Assembly (NCBI RefSeq): GCF_964204645.1
Contig: NC_134027.1
Coordinates: 5,178,485 to 5,242,484 of the forward strand
Source of the DNA: Tubulanus polymorphus
Lineage: Eukaryota > Animalia > Nemertea
Direction: 5' to 3'
DNA length: 64,000 nt
Made by a program: the position numbers and the translations under genes. The notes under the pieces are model-generated. The model saw only the letters and a program-made list of their open reading frames with translations. It was not told the origin of the DNA and ran no database searches. Below are positions 11,501 to 26,500 of the stretch, one piece after another (positions within the stretch are counted from its first letter, which is position 1; each line of letters opens with the position of its first letter).

Positions 11501-14500
11501 CATCCCAAAAATTGTGCCTAATGCGAACAGACTTTTGCAATTTCAAAATTGAATTCAGCGACCAATTTGTGTAATGACGCAAAAGCTTTTTTGTAAATTG
11601 AAGTTACGTGAAATCTAATTAAAGGGCTGTAATGGTAACAATTGATGGATAAGATGTGAAAACAGTAACAACCCTTGACAACCAGACGATAGACAAGTTT
11701 ATCGTTACCAACAACAACCCAGAATAACGATGATTAATGAATCAATCTTCAGTTTCATCCGACTGTTGATGATGATCATCATAAGTGTCCACAATGCAAA
11801 TTAAATGAGGTGAAACACTTAAGTCGAGGGTTTAAATCGTCCAAATTACGTAATCATAAATTAGACTGTTTATCATCTTAAAGGCACAAAAATTGCTACA
11901 ACAAGAAAATGGCCGCCGCATTACCTGCTTCTATGCAAGCTCGTAATTTTTCCTCAGACGGGACATGCTGACAATTTGTTTTAAATTCCTTCCAGCTGTT
12001 CATCCAGGTTTTACTGTACATCTTCAAAGAAAATAATGTCAATCTAGCATTAATCAAAATGATAGGAAAATGTCATTTTCTATCTTAGAAATTTAGTATT
12101 ACGTTATTCTATTAGTTACACATTGATGGATGAATCATTTCTGTCAAATCATTGTTGTGTTACCTAACTCAATTTCTTTATTGTCAAGCATTAAGATATA
12201 TCATAGCAATGAGCATACCAATGAACATTCGAGTAATAAATGAATTGCTTGTTGATACTACACGTATGACTGAGATTTTGATACACCAATTAACAAGCTC
12301 TCAGTACCATAAATGCTGCCATAATGTTTAAAGTCTATTTGAATGGCAAACGTCATTATTCATCTTGGCTAGTAATTGCTGTCAATGGTAATGGCCTCTA
12401 AAGCACTAAACATTGAACTAATCCTGTCCCAGGAGCAAGAGGTGCATTTATCATCATACCAGTCAACAGCTAAATCATAATGGAATGAACCTGTAGCGTC
12501 AGTAAACTCACAGGTAAATCTGTACATTTCTGTCGGATATTTGGAAATAAATGAAAATCTTTTACTATTCTAGTTAAAAGTTCGATATCCATGTATCAAT
12601 TCATAATGATGTACAAGAAGTACCAATAGCCAAATCTTTGTAAATATCATTTTCTTTCAAAATATTGCCATACCTTACTGCACGACTCTTTACAGCTATA
12701 ACTCTTCGCTAAATTACAACAATGTAATTTAGCACCATCCATTCCGGATATGTCATGTGGATTAGGTTTCTGGATGCTGTTCTGTTCAGCTGATTTTTCC
12801 AGGAAGCATTGCCAAAGTGGGTCCTATAATGCATAAAATAATGAATAAGCCATTAGATAGACTAGCCACAATTACATTTCTGCTCTCTTCAGACATTTGA
12901 GTTTTAAAATAAAATTCTAGAATTCAAGTATCAAACAGTATACCGGGTACTGTATTGTTTATTTCTTGTATTATTCAGTTTCTTTCTCTAGATCTTCTAG
13001 CCTACATAGAATGCAAACCATGAGCTGTCTCACAATGTCGGGAAAAACACCCACGGGATTTGGTAATTCCGTATAGACTAATTCAATGTCCGTTTGCTTT
13101 TGTTATCAGCGTCTAACAGAACCTGTAAGATCTGACAGGAATGACAGTTCACTTTACTTTCTACCATCGTTAAGCTAATCAGGAGTCAGTACTTTTTCCT
13201 TTTTCATTCCAGAGGGTTCTTGCTAGTGACTGACAATAAGCCCTTTGCTGATGTTGTCGCTGTTATAAGCTGGTGGGAGTAAACAGTTTATTGTGATTTT
13301 CTTAATGACAAATGAAGTGAAATTGTTAAGAACTGTTTTCCCTAACAAACTATTGATTGAGTAGTTCTGTACCAAGACATAAAAGATAACACAATGTATC
13401 TTCTTAAAAGGATAAGATGCATCATTGTGTCCTGAGATGCTTTCGGAATAATCCACATTTACAGGGTTATTCTCTATACTTACAAGAGGATTCGGATGTC
13501 CACATCCCAGTATGAGACTATTAGCGACTTCATCCTGTGTTTTCTTTGTCTGTAAAGCTTCAGTACAAGTTTTCTTACAAAGCGCCGTACGTGCTGAGTT
13601 ACAACACGGGATCACTGTAAAGAATAGGAAATATTAAATCAGATGAAATTTAACTCTTCCCTTTGAAAATTTCATGTTTTCATGAATATTAATTTGAACG
13701 ATTTGTATTCAGAGAATCAGTTACTCAAAATGAAATTTTTCAATTACAAGTTCACTTACTGTCTTTAGGATTTTCTAGTTCAGTTATTTGAGTTTGATTT
13801 TGTATACATGTTAGTATTGTGGAACTAGTTGAGGAGCAATGATCACGTAATGCTTGCTGTTTTTCATTAGTAAGTGTCACCTCCTGTAGAATCAATGTTT
13901 TACAAATCCATCTACACTGATCGGTCAATCCAGCGTTACAACATTGACTTCCTGAAAATAAAAAGTATTCCAAAGGTCTTTTATCAGTAGCATCCCAATG
14001 ACCAAGTAAATCTCTCTGGATCATGTAGAGCACCTTAGAGTTTCTATATTTCTAAGATAGCTGATTCTACTTTCAACCTAGCAAAAAGAGGATTGGATCT
14101 TCTAAGGCCCCTGATACCCAAACAAAATCTTTTTTAGATTTTCTTCAAATGTTTTCAAATGAATGTATCTAGCTTTGTATTTTAGTGCACAGTGAAAGGC
14201 TGAAGTAACTGGAGTTGGAATGTATCTGTTGCATGGTGTTATCTCGGTTTATGAAGGAAACACCTCAGTAAGCTATTAACTGTTAACGACCTCTATTTCC
14301 TGTTAGAATGTCGCATGGCTGTCAGGGGTGACAAATCAGCTAGTTAATGCACCACCCCTATAGAGAATAATCACTATCTAACGACATATCAACCCAGACA
14401 AAATCCAAAGTTGATCTTTATCCAAATTCTTTCCAAAATATAAAATTGTTTTGACGCAATATGGGGTAATGACCTAAGGATTTCAGTAACAGAAGTTTAA

Positions 14501-17500
14501 GAAGTTCGATGTTGACAGTGTACTACTGATGCTACAAAAATAATGACGAAAGATAAATCTAAAACAAAGAAACACTCGTGAGAAAGTTTCTGACGATTAT
14601 GGGAAACTTCCCAGAAGAATCTTTTTCCATTTTGATTCGCGTGAGATTACACTCCACAGATCACTAATGGAGTCACAATCTGGAAACTTTAGGGGAAATC
14701 AAAGAGATGTGTTTTATAGGAGAGGTTCTCATTTAGATGTCATCAAATGGAAAGTCTAGCCCATTTAGCCGATCACTACAGTTACCAAACTGTCCTAACC
14801 AATAACTATCACACGTCGCCATAAATAACCATCTAATACATTAAATGAGATGATTTCTATGCTGAACACACATTATGGTAAGCCGGAAAATCCTCAATGC
14901 GGTGGACACCAGAAAACGAAGCTATAACATTGGATAATCAAGTGCTGAGGGTCCAGCCATTAAAAACAATCAGATATCTCCCAACTATCGGTGATATTCA
15001 TACTAAATTATGGAAATGTCTTTTATCGAATAGCCACGATATTCACAATGTAAAATGCCTATGAGAACGAATTGATTATCAGGATTTGTCAAAGCTCACA
15101 CGTGAATAGATGAAATATAAAAATTGTTAAGAAATCGATGCCTTTGATATGACGAGGCTTTGAGTTTATTCGCTAGTAAAACTCGACACTTTGTAGTACA
15201 CCCCAGCCTCAAGGACAAATAAAACATCCATGATCATTAAAATTTGAATCTTAAAAATTTCATCGAGGATAGAAACGAACCTTCTTGACGATTTAAACAT
15301 TGGTAAAAAGCTTCTTCAGATCCACCTTTGTCGCAAGATGCTTCCGCAGCGGGTCGAGATACAGCCTGAAAATAGAGGTCATCAAAATGTAATTATAATT
15401 GGACTGGACTGTGCAAACACCGAACCATCTACCTCGATCAAGATCAGAGTTTCAGAAGTTTGTTTTTGTTTCAGCTGGGACTCAATGATGCCTAACTTTT
15501 TAACATTTAGCTTAACTGCTCAACCATGTCACCAATTAGAGTATACTATGGCGAAAGTTAACCTTATATGAACTGGGAATAAAACAAACCAATTCCCTAT
15601 TTGCCGGAGTTACATAATCCTCGTCCAGTCTGGTAAATCCCGTAGTCTATCGTAGTGGTCTCGCGGTATTTCATTTCACTCGAATGACATGACAGACCAA
15701 GTCATCCGAATAATCTCCCATCACTCAACCATCTTCCTCGATGGAGCTTCCTTCCGAAGCCTTGCAATATCTATTCAATTTCCTCGTAGAATACCCCAGA
15801 TGCTAACGTGAGATAGCACTAAAGAAACCATACGTATAATTCTGCATTGCACCCTTGAGATTTGGCAATCATTAGTTTCCAATTTAGTTTTAACTATCGA
15901 CTGGAAGATGCTCGCTGTATATAAGGACTGCAGGTAAGTCCCTTGAGGAACTGGAGCGAACTATGTGTTCAGCCTTATATGTTGTGATAGGAACCATCAT
16001 GATGTATTAAAGTAAAGTTTCAGTTTCAAGGAGTCAGTAGGGCTTATTTTGATAATACATACAGAAATTTTGAAAATTGGTGAAAAATGAAACTATATAA
16101 CTTTGAATTAACGCACTTGACTTCATTTCATAAATTCTCACAAAAATCATAAGCCCTAAATTCCGGTTTTGTGTGTACACTTTCTCTTCATATTTTTCTG
16201 CGAATTTTCATGACCTCGATAGTTCTATATTCGATGAAAAGAAATAATCAAAGGACTCCCCACTACGCATCTAATATCTTACAGCTTTTCTGCGCTATTA
16301 AAGCTGAAATCATGTACTGAATGACTTAAGCTACCTGAAATTGTAATTGCGGGGGCATATATTGCATCGTTGCCAGTAAAAAAAGCTTTTATTCATCATT
16401 GATCTCAGGTTATTTGTCTAAAATAAACAACGTTTACAGTTTTAATATCGCACTCATAATAACTGTATTATAGGAAATGCCATTGCAATCAAAACTCCAT
16501 GAAAACGAAACAGATTTCCAATTTATTTGATGGCCACGAATTTTGGCGAGCAGAAATTTTCTTTTCCCAATACCGAACATTACCCGTCCACGTGCAACGT
16601 ACAAATTCGATCAGATCGTAGCATGGAAAAAGATTTTTCGGGAACGGGACACAAATTCAATCTCGGGCGCGTTATACTAAATTTCGACGAAAATATATGT
16701 CCGTTATTTCCGAACAGAGAAAAAATGATTATCACAGAATTATGTTTCGGATGAAAAACCTGCATCACGCAATGAGAAATTTGATCAGTCCAAGCGAAAG
16801 AGAATGAGACAGAGGGAGAAATGAACGCGACTGAGTGCTCAATGACTGTATGTGTGCAAACCGAATTTCTATTATTGCGAATCATTTTCTGATGGATAGA
16901 TTTGCTATGAGAGTAAGAGGGAGAAAGAGGTTCTCAAATCATGAATCACCGTCATTCGCATTAATGTTTTTTTATTGACTAGCTGATTGCGATCCGCTAA
17001 GATCATCGACAATTTTCGTATCCTGTGACAACCAGTCACCAATATCCGGTACACAGGCCTACAAATGTTATCTTATTCGGGATTTTTCTTTGTAGTAGAT
17101 ACGAAAACGTCCCGAATGATTTATACTCGATAACAAAATATAACCTAAAAAACCTCAATATATTGAATAGTGGCTTCAAGTCGGGGCTTGTCCTGTAACA
17201 GAAAAACCAAATAAGCTGTCCATAAGCCAATGTCCCAATAGAGAAATGTGCTGATTATTGAAAGCCTAATGATCAAATTAGGCAGCATAAAAATGAGAAA
17301 CATGGGATTATTAATGGACATTAGAAATATAGATGTAATCATACTCTATATTGTATATTATATACACTTAACCACAGCTATATTTTATATATTTGATGGA
17401 GAAGAATGTGGTAATATATCAGTGATAAACCATCGTCTTAATGGTACACTGTATGCTGTCTATTACTCAAAGACTGACACGGCACTTTCTTCTCAATATT

Positions 17501-20500
17501 AATAACATTAAGGATTGTGATGACAGCTTTATAGAATATGGTGCACCGATAGTTATATCAATATTGCAACCACTAAAGTCATTCAGGACATCATTATGCG
17601 TTCTATATCAGTCCTCCTCCACAAATTCCATCACAAATTCTATAATCGGACACAAGTCTTGCATCTATAAAATCATAGCCGTGCATTGCTTCAAAGCTGC
17701 TATACTGTCCATATTGGTACAGCAAACTTTCCAGACACTGCTTATTAGGAGCTACAGGTTTCTTTTCGAACGCGACACCTCACACCATCTGAGACCATAA
17801 ACAACAATTACCAAACTGTCAGCTTGGTTACCAATCATTATCGTTACCGATGGTTTTGTTGTCGTTAATTTCGTTAGTTGATTACTTATAACCCTTACCG
17901 GGCACGTTCGTTATTTACCTCAGGCATCAGTCACCATTATGAGAGCGGCGAAATAATTTTGCCCCGTTTACCAAATTGCTACATCGCAGACAGTCCGCTG
18001 ATCAATATTGATAACATTTCGACCCTAAATCAATGGCATGCTGGCCAGTTAGTTCATACTTTGAAAAGGGCAGCAGAAGTGCAGTCGTTTCAGCTAATTA
18101 CATCGCTAACAATCATGAAAATCATTCTCTTGAAGATTTCTATATATTTACAGTAGCATGATATAAATGAATTCTATAAAAAAATACAGCTCAGTTTACT
18201 CTTTAGTCCCATTTTGCGAGAGCTAGGCAGGAAATAGCTTTCTGAGAAAAGGAAAATGACGACAAGATGGGAAATAATTATCTTGTGCGAGGTAATGTTG
18301 CCATTAATGAGGGACAACACATTCTCCGTAAACAACAGAAACTATCTTCTTGGGAATAAATAACATGCCACGTCACATTACACTCAATCAAGTTAGGGGG
18401 TTGTCACCAAACAATGCGCCATGCCATACCCATAATGGTAGATTTGGTACCCGTAATGAGGCCATAGAAACCTGTATAAACATTACGGTATGTCAATAAC
18501 CCATAAACTCAGAGAAATCTCCATTATTTATAACTACAGTGTTCATTGTTGTTAATCAGAATTCTACCGTTTAGAAAATTGTCTTTCCATTTGGAGAAGT
18601 ATTTTGTAAATTTCGATTACGTTATATTTTCAAGCATAATTTTCACATCACAATAACAGTGTTGTGGAAACATCTTTAAACTTATATGATGAAGTTGTCA
18701 AGGCAACAAATAAAAACACAGAGGTGTGTGAGTCTTTATAAGTGCCTCAATCAAAAAAAGAAATGGTAGAATTACCATTATTGACTTGTCATTGCTGTGA
18801 CTGTCAGATTAAATGAGGATTTTAGGTGTCTATCAATGTGGCATTAATAGACAAGATATCAAATCCTACTTATATCACTTTTACTGGCAATTTAAAACTG
18901 GATGTTTGGAAGTGCCGGCACTTCATGAAAAACGAAACTACATTTGAATCACGACGCAACCATCTCCCTCTTAAAGTAGCAATCTTAGAAAACTTACTTT
19001 GCGGCAGTTTCTTTCACATCCTTCAGACAATATCGAATCGCAGCATAGTCGGCCATTCCATACTTTAATTTCTTGTATGGCTGTAAATATCAAAATAGAT
19101 ATTCCCTTGTATAAAGTGGAGATCTAATCTATTCTTACACCTAAAAAATTTGTTGCGCATGATTTTATCTTATTGGTTTATGTAAGATAAGGTGAGACAA
19201 GGTGAGAAATAGGATAGGACAGGATGTATGTAGGAGGTTATCAAATGATGTAGCATTATAAGAAGTACTGGGCATCACATATTAGCACATAATAATAATA
19301 TAGAATGAAAAATCAGCATTAAAAGGTATCATTAATGGACAGAATTCGACTGCAGTTTTTCTGCATAGAAGACAAACGTCAATTACTGATAGTCACTTTC
19401 TCTAGATAGCAACTGAGTTTGATGCAACCCCACCCATCTTAGTCATACACACACATATATATACAGACTTCTTCAATACTTCTCAACAGCATCAAACAAA
19501 CACGATTAAAACACGTATTTCGTAATGGATTTAAGGTATTCGATATATATGAACTTGATGATGAAAATGATAAAATTTGCCAGAGTATATATTTCTTTTC
19601 AATTCAGTACCCATGCTTTTAATTTAGGACTATACGGTTCCATTATAGAAGTCCTTAGAATAAATGATAACTATTGGAATGGTTCGCTCATTTCGTTACC
19701 ATTAGTTACCTTTGAAAATTGCTATAAACGACATTATGAAAGAAGATATTAAAGCCTGACAAATGAACATTGCACCGCCTCTGGCAAGAACTCACTACTT
19801 TTTGAAGTTTATCCGCCAGTATGTTGCTAGGTTACGAAAACTTACCTGTAAATGTATTGTTAATGCATCTCCACATGTCTGACTGTCAATTAGAAAAAAA
19901 TGTACATTATTAATATACCTAATATAAGTCACACATGATTTTCAAAAACGCAGTTCCAATTATTTGCAAAGGTTATATGAATTCATAAGTACATTCTTCA
20001 AGCCTAGATCTATGGGATTTTCTATGACATGTAATCAAATGTAAAAGAGTTTTCCAATTGTTCACAACTTTATTTAGCTGACGCAACTGTGGCCTGGTCA
20101 GTGTACATTGTCAATGGTCAGAGAAAAGTCGATTTAATTGGATACTGGTGTCACAAAGAAGAGAGAATCACTAATCAAACTGGTCTTGTAGATTATATGA
20201 ACTGGTCGAAGATTAAATTTATAGATTCGGCTATACGACTGTATCAGCTGCCCAACTGCTGTACCGAGGCCACGATCATGAGAACTTCGTTTCACAATGA
20301 AATTGCAAAATCCACCAAGTTATAAATCCGAATCTGATGAAAAAGTAACATATATATTCATATTTCAAAGTTTGAGCACCCCTTATATGTAATTTCTAAA
20401 ATTTGTTAAGATTCACGCCAGAAAATCTGTTTTCAATAATAAGAAATCTCAGTTCAGCAAACATATTGCCTTGATTCATGTGATTTTACAATCATCATTC

Positions 20501-23500
20501 ATACTATAAAGAAAAAGTATACAGGTCTTAAATTGGAAGCTAAACGTAAAAATAACGAAGCCGAGCCTAATAAGGTTGAGTTTTATTGTCTGACAGAATT
20601 GAACGCTGAATCACTCACTCGCCCCAGTCTCAACGGACTTGTTTTTATTTGTGCAATCCTAACAAAAACTTTCGGGCAACCTTTTGTCTCGGGCATTGGT
20701 GGAAATGATTGACAGTTGACTGGTCGCTAGGAGACAGCGCGATGTCAGATGACGGGAAATCCGGTCGCTGTATGTCCATGTAATACCCGACGAGCAATTA
20801 ACAACCTGAGGTCATATAGCGCCAAACACACGCAGGTCATGCATGCACAGCCCGTCTATTCCAATATCGCACTTGATTACCGGTTGTTCGGTTATTTCAA
20901 AAACTATTCGAACCTCGAATTAAACGAGTTATCATCGCTACATAGTCTTAAGCTAGATTCTAACTTAGACAAAAGCCTAAGTTTCTTATTGATGGTATTG
21001 AAGTATAAATGGTCAAGTAAGAACTAGAACATCGCACAACTTGCATCATTCGTCGCTATGATACCTTGTCCAGCAGCAATGAGCTGATGGTGGATAGCCA
21101 TTGATGGGTGTAATGTAGCGAAGAGCTGATTTGAGCCTGATTGCCGAACAAGTGTCGCAGTAAGAGAAGATCCATCACTCTACGACTGACGCTGACATGA
21201 GAAACATTTGACAACTTAAATCAGCCTCCAGAGATGCATGGTCTAAACAAACCAACACCTCATTAACGGCTGAAACAAGACACAACTACTGCCTTTGATG
21301 ACAAGCAGAGGAAAATAGTTTTAACCCTTTTACAATGAGTTTGCAATCTATAGCAAACACAGGACGGTCCCTTGATCCCACCGATCTTGGTTCCCATTCA
21401 AGCCCAAGAAGTGTTCCTCGCTGTAATACCTTAGAAACCTTAGTCGTTACAACCATATAGAGCATAGCTACCAGATTTGAAAGGCTAAAGCCCAATCCAT
21501 ATACGATGCAGGGAAACAAGAACAAGGATGCAGGTGACAGAAACATGTTTCTGATCGTTTTCCCGTGTCGTGTGCGTTTACGAGAAGCAAGTCACATGGT
21601 TTCCCAGATCAAACATGTTTAATTCCATGTTTCGATGTCTTCCTGCGCCGTGTGCATTGGGCTTAAGCCTAACAGATCGAATCTCTCCAATATTCCCCAT
21701 TCAAACACCCCCGTCTTCGTTGTCGAGAATTTCCTGCGTTCGTAGAAATGCTGTCACTGAAAATTCTCAATGTTCCACATTCTTGAACGCACAATTGACT
21801 TTAAATGAAGAGAATTGCGGAACGTCAAGAATGTCGGTTATTCAGCGTGAAATGAGAATATCATGAATTTATAACCAATTGATGTGAATCGTCAAGACAA
21901 CGTAGCGTTAACTGGTGACATTGTTGCAATCGACGCGAATAAATTCAAACTGATGACATGAGATACATGACAGTACCCGCGGGAGTAGAGTAGGTTTTAT
22001 CAAAAATACCTCGACACAACGAGGTGTAAATTAATGTTTTATCGTAGTGGCAGAATGGATGGTGATGACTCGACAGTCACTAACCCGTGCTGTCAGGAAA
22101 GCTCAGGTGAAAATAAAATCCATCTTATCAGTTTATCAGTGGCTTAGTCAAGGAAGTGATAGTCATATTCGTGGGTGATGAAAAGGATATAAGGGGCGGG
22201 CATCGCGGATTGGTTGTATTCCATAGGGGAATTCGGCAAGTACGATTCAATCTAATTACCATAGATGATGGACAAGTTTCTGCGAGTTTAGCCAATTTTT
22301 CCATCTGATAACGAGCTGTTCCATACGTATCGGTCTGAAAAATATCCGAATTGAACAAATTCAGTTAATAAACATAAAAAGTCAAATTATTTGAACATAT
22401 TTCTAAAGGCAAAATAAGTATCTGGAAGTTTTTCGGAAACTATTTTGATTGAGCAGAGGGCAATCCAGAAATATTCTAGAAGTCAATTCACTTGGAATTA
22501 ACATATCCCTGCGCCATTGGTAATCAATATACCTATTCGATGAATAATTCCCAGTTTGTGGTCCAATCTTACAAGATAACCAAATATCCTAGGAATGATA
22601 ATACGCTGTATGAGGGTGGTAAGGATGTTTGACACTGCGGGGCTTTAGGGATATCGGTACATGCATTTAATGCCGACTTGATGGAAATGTAACCTGTTTA
22701 ACTTAGATTGAATTACTCTGGTTAAACATGTTAGATTCAGCAGGTGAACAACAAACAAGCAGCAGAGTTCACTATATCAGATACCAAACCAACTGATCAG
22801 ATCAAGTTCAGGTCAAAAAGTGAAATGTTCAGTAATAATTTCAAAATCAATATTGTTCTTTCCCACGTGATAGCTTCTAATTTCATCCACGTTCCAGCCA
22901 CTCTAAAAGCTGTATGATTTTACCTTTTCGCATTCTTGGTGACAAGCGGCATTATCAACAACCAAACTACAGCATCCATGATTTTTCCCTACAAATAAAG
23001 AAATAAATAAAAAACATTAAAAACCATATCTGTTTTCCATGGACATATACATCATTTCTAGATTCAAATGGAAAAGTTGCCATGGAAATAGTTTTAGGGT
23101 GAACAAAACGATTGAGTTCTAACAAGAACTGCGGGCAACAATTGAAAGCAAATTAGACGGAAACGAAGCTTTGTAGAAGATCAAACAGGGAAAGAAAAGG
23201 GAGCACTTTCACTCGAGGAATGAGCGAAGTTATATTGACATAATCAGAAATAATCAAACACCTAATCATTTCATAGTAAACAGAAAGTGTAATCAAACAC
23301 GGTTTCTTCTAGATTCACATTACACATTATAAAGTGCTTAGGCTTTCATCTTATTTCACCATTTCACAAATTTTTTTCAATACTGATTTATAGCGTGCAG
23401 GTTGACTGAAATTCAAACAATGAAATTGAAATGTACGGTGAAAAAAATCAAATTTTGAATACTCGATTTAACGACAGAATTTTCACATTATGAGAAAATG

Positions 23501-26500
23501 CCTTTTAATTCATCTAGCACAGCTATATCTATCGGGAAATAATAAACGCATCACAAACTCTTGTGCTCATGTCGTCAATCTGAAACCATTCCGAGAATCA
23601 GCTTTCACCGACATCTATTTCGTGCGGTTAACATGAAATATGATTTCTGACTCGAAGTAATGAAAATTCAAATTCCGAATGAGAGATGGATCTCACTACG
23701 AGCTGAAGCCACGAGATTTGATAAACGTCGATTATTTCCGATGATATCCGACAGAAAGATGGGAGGTGAGATATTGACAGTTAAGTAATGGCTTCCGACT
23801 TATGAAGACCTATCAAAAAACATCGAAAGCTTTTAAAATTAGAATGTGATGCAACACCAGAATATTAAGATAATAGGACTGGGCCACTGCTGTGCTAAAA
23901 CCCCTACAGTTATTCGCTCAGCACCTGTCTCTTAGCCGCCGATGTGTACTGATCCACAAAGTTAATGCAAGCAAAAAATGTGTAAAACAGAAATTTGAAC
24001 CATTCCAGATTGTTTGAAAGTATATCATTACTGAGTCTGGCACTGTAGGGAATACTCTATACCCAATGATGCTTTCCTACCCCCTACATGCTTCGAACAT
24101 TTATTACAAGTTCTAATTGGCCAGGGGAACCGGTAAACCGGTAAGTAGAATGGTAAGCTTCAATGCTCTTAGTTTCAGAAATCCAGACTTCGAAGATAGC
24201 ACGGAAACGAAATCCTGCTGATTTTAGAAGATAGAAGTCTCTGCGAACACAGTATGAAAACATATCAGAAAATCCAACCATGTGTTGAGAATTTGATCAA
24301 CAAACCGTTTCGCACATACTCAACTGATTAATCAACAAATCATTAAATGCAATCCTATCAAAAATACGTGTCAGAACAAGAGTTTGAATTTGGCTATATT
24401 TAATTCATCTTTAATTGTGAGGTCTGTGCTCTTTGATGACATTGTTGTGGCGTTTCGACTGGTCTAAGACGATCAAATAAAACATAACTTCGTACCAAAT
24501 AGGTTGATTATGTATGAACCAAATTGGTCTTTGAGCTGTATAATGATAAGAATATTTCAAACCGCACCTCGGCGAAGGAGCTTAAACGAGCTCAAACGAA
24601 AAGAGATTACCGATGATATTTCATACGAAAAATACTGCTCAATAATAGAGCCACCAGTATTGACTGTTTCCACGGAGAATACCAGAACGCAAAAATTAAT
24701 CTCACCACAAATAATTACGGAGAGATTTCGCCGTAGGCCGATATTTTCTGGTTGTATGATCTCCCCGTCTTCGCGAAGCTTTTAGCAAAAACACATATTA
24801 GTATTGGGTGAATAACGAACAATGTTCAGTATTTTCCATTAAGGAATGTAGATATAGTGACTGTAGCCACGGGCGTAAAATAGCAAATACGTAGAGACAG
24901 ACAAGTGTTCCTCATGAAAGAATTGACCAATTTCTGCAGGCCCTGCGCACTAATCTTCATGGGTAAAAAATTGACGAAGGAAACGTTCATAAAAGCATAA
25001 AACTTTCTAAATATCTAAACAAAATCTTAAACAAAAAATCATAGATCATATATCGCCAGTGTTGTCATCATTACTTTTTAAAATTACCAAAGCTACCAAC
25101 ACTTAGGCCTATAGTGATCTCAAATTTCATAGAATTGATTGAGAAATAGTCTGAATCACCGTTAAAGTTAAGCAGTTATCAAATTTCCACGAAGAGCGTC
25201 AAATAAGGATATGATTTTAATCCTTCAGACCACCGACGAAATAAGAATTCATTGTTAGAAAGTGTGAATAACATCTTTCTCTTCATTTGATACACATTTT
25301 CACACATACAAATATTTGCTCCTATTCTGCGCGTTGGGAATGAAAATCATTTCATTCTTTCTTGGCTTGCACTTAGTTGTAGGTGGCTTAATGGAGCCGA
25401 TATTTGCTCAATCAAATCTCCTATAGATTTGCACTATTTTATATCATTCTTGTATTAAATCCTTTTCAAATGATGAACCGATGAAGGAAAATATTTCTTT
25501 ATATTCCATATATTTACCTAAAGTGTCTTATTTCTTATTCAATACATACGCAGGGCTTCAATTAAAATTCCTTTTACCGGAACACACAACCAGTTTAACA
25601 GATAGAGTTCACTATAGTTTATGTTTAGATTGTCCCCTTTGATTCATATTTAATATCTTTCTATCAGTATACGAAGGAAGGTTTCTTGTCATTTCGTCGA
25701 CTATGGACTTGCAGCTGACACGTTCACTTGAGCAAATGAAAAGACTCAATACAGATGATTGTAACAAAGATGGATTTTCGTGTGGAAGTGCTTATGAAGA
25801 ATAGGAATTTAAACCTATCAAAACGTCTCCTTTCAAGTTTATAAAATGCCCTATCCCTCGCTAGCAAAAGGAACAGAGCATGTCAGCACTCACTGCCTTA
25901 CAATTATCTCAAACACAACCTGGTATTGGTGGGAGAGGTTACAGTAAGGGTGATGGTGTCCAAAAAAGGCTGGACAAGAACGATAATGAGTTCGCCACAT
26001 CATGCTGGTAGCGTATAGAGGCTAGGTAGGAGGTGGACAAATTATCACCTGAGAAAAAAACAGACTATAATCAGAAACCTGCATTAGAGGTGGCGCTTTT
26101 AACACCTGAGAACAATCTACTCGTCGTCATGGCGTTGTATTTTTAATCGTACTTCGATTGTTGTAATTTTTTCCATCAAATCGAAAGAGAACAATGCGTT
26201 TCGATACAGCTCGGCTGTTATTATCACGCATTAGCGACTGGCCAGAGTTGAAGTACTTTCCCGAAGGGAAACTCAACCCGGGCTATAATTTCGGCGTCTT
26301 TGTGGTGCCCCTCGTGAAACAAATTTGAAGACGAACCGCAACAAAGAAGCATGAAATAGCTGCACACCCTAATAATTTCCACAATTAATGTCTTTTTATG
26401 GATTGCCGATGGCATCTTGAAAGTTCTTGTGTATTTAAATACATCTAAGCCTAGCCCGAGGTTGCCTATAGAAATGAGGCGACTGTTAAGCTACTATAAC

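Noticed and set aside
15888-15939. Perfect plus-strand donor CAG|GTAAGT suggesting a nested antisense exon
   Set aside because: A single consensus 9-mer is expected by chance in 64 kb, and I found no partner exons.
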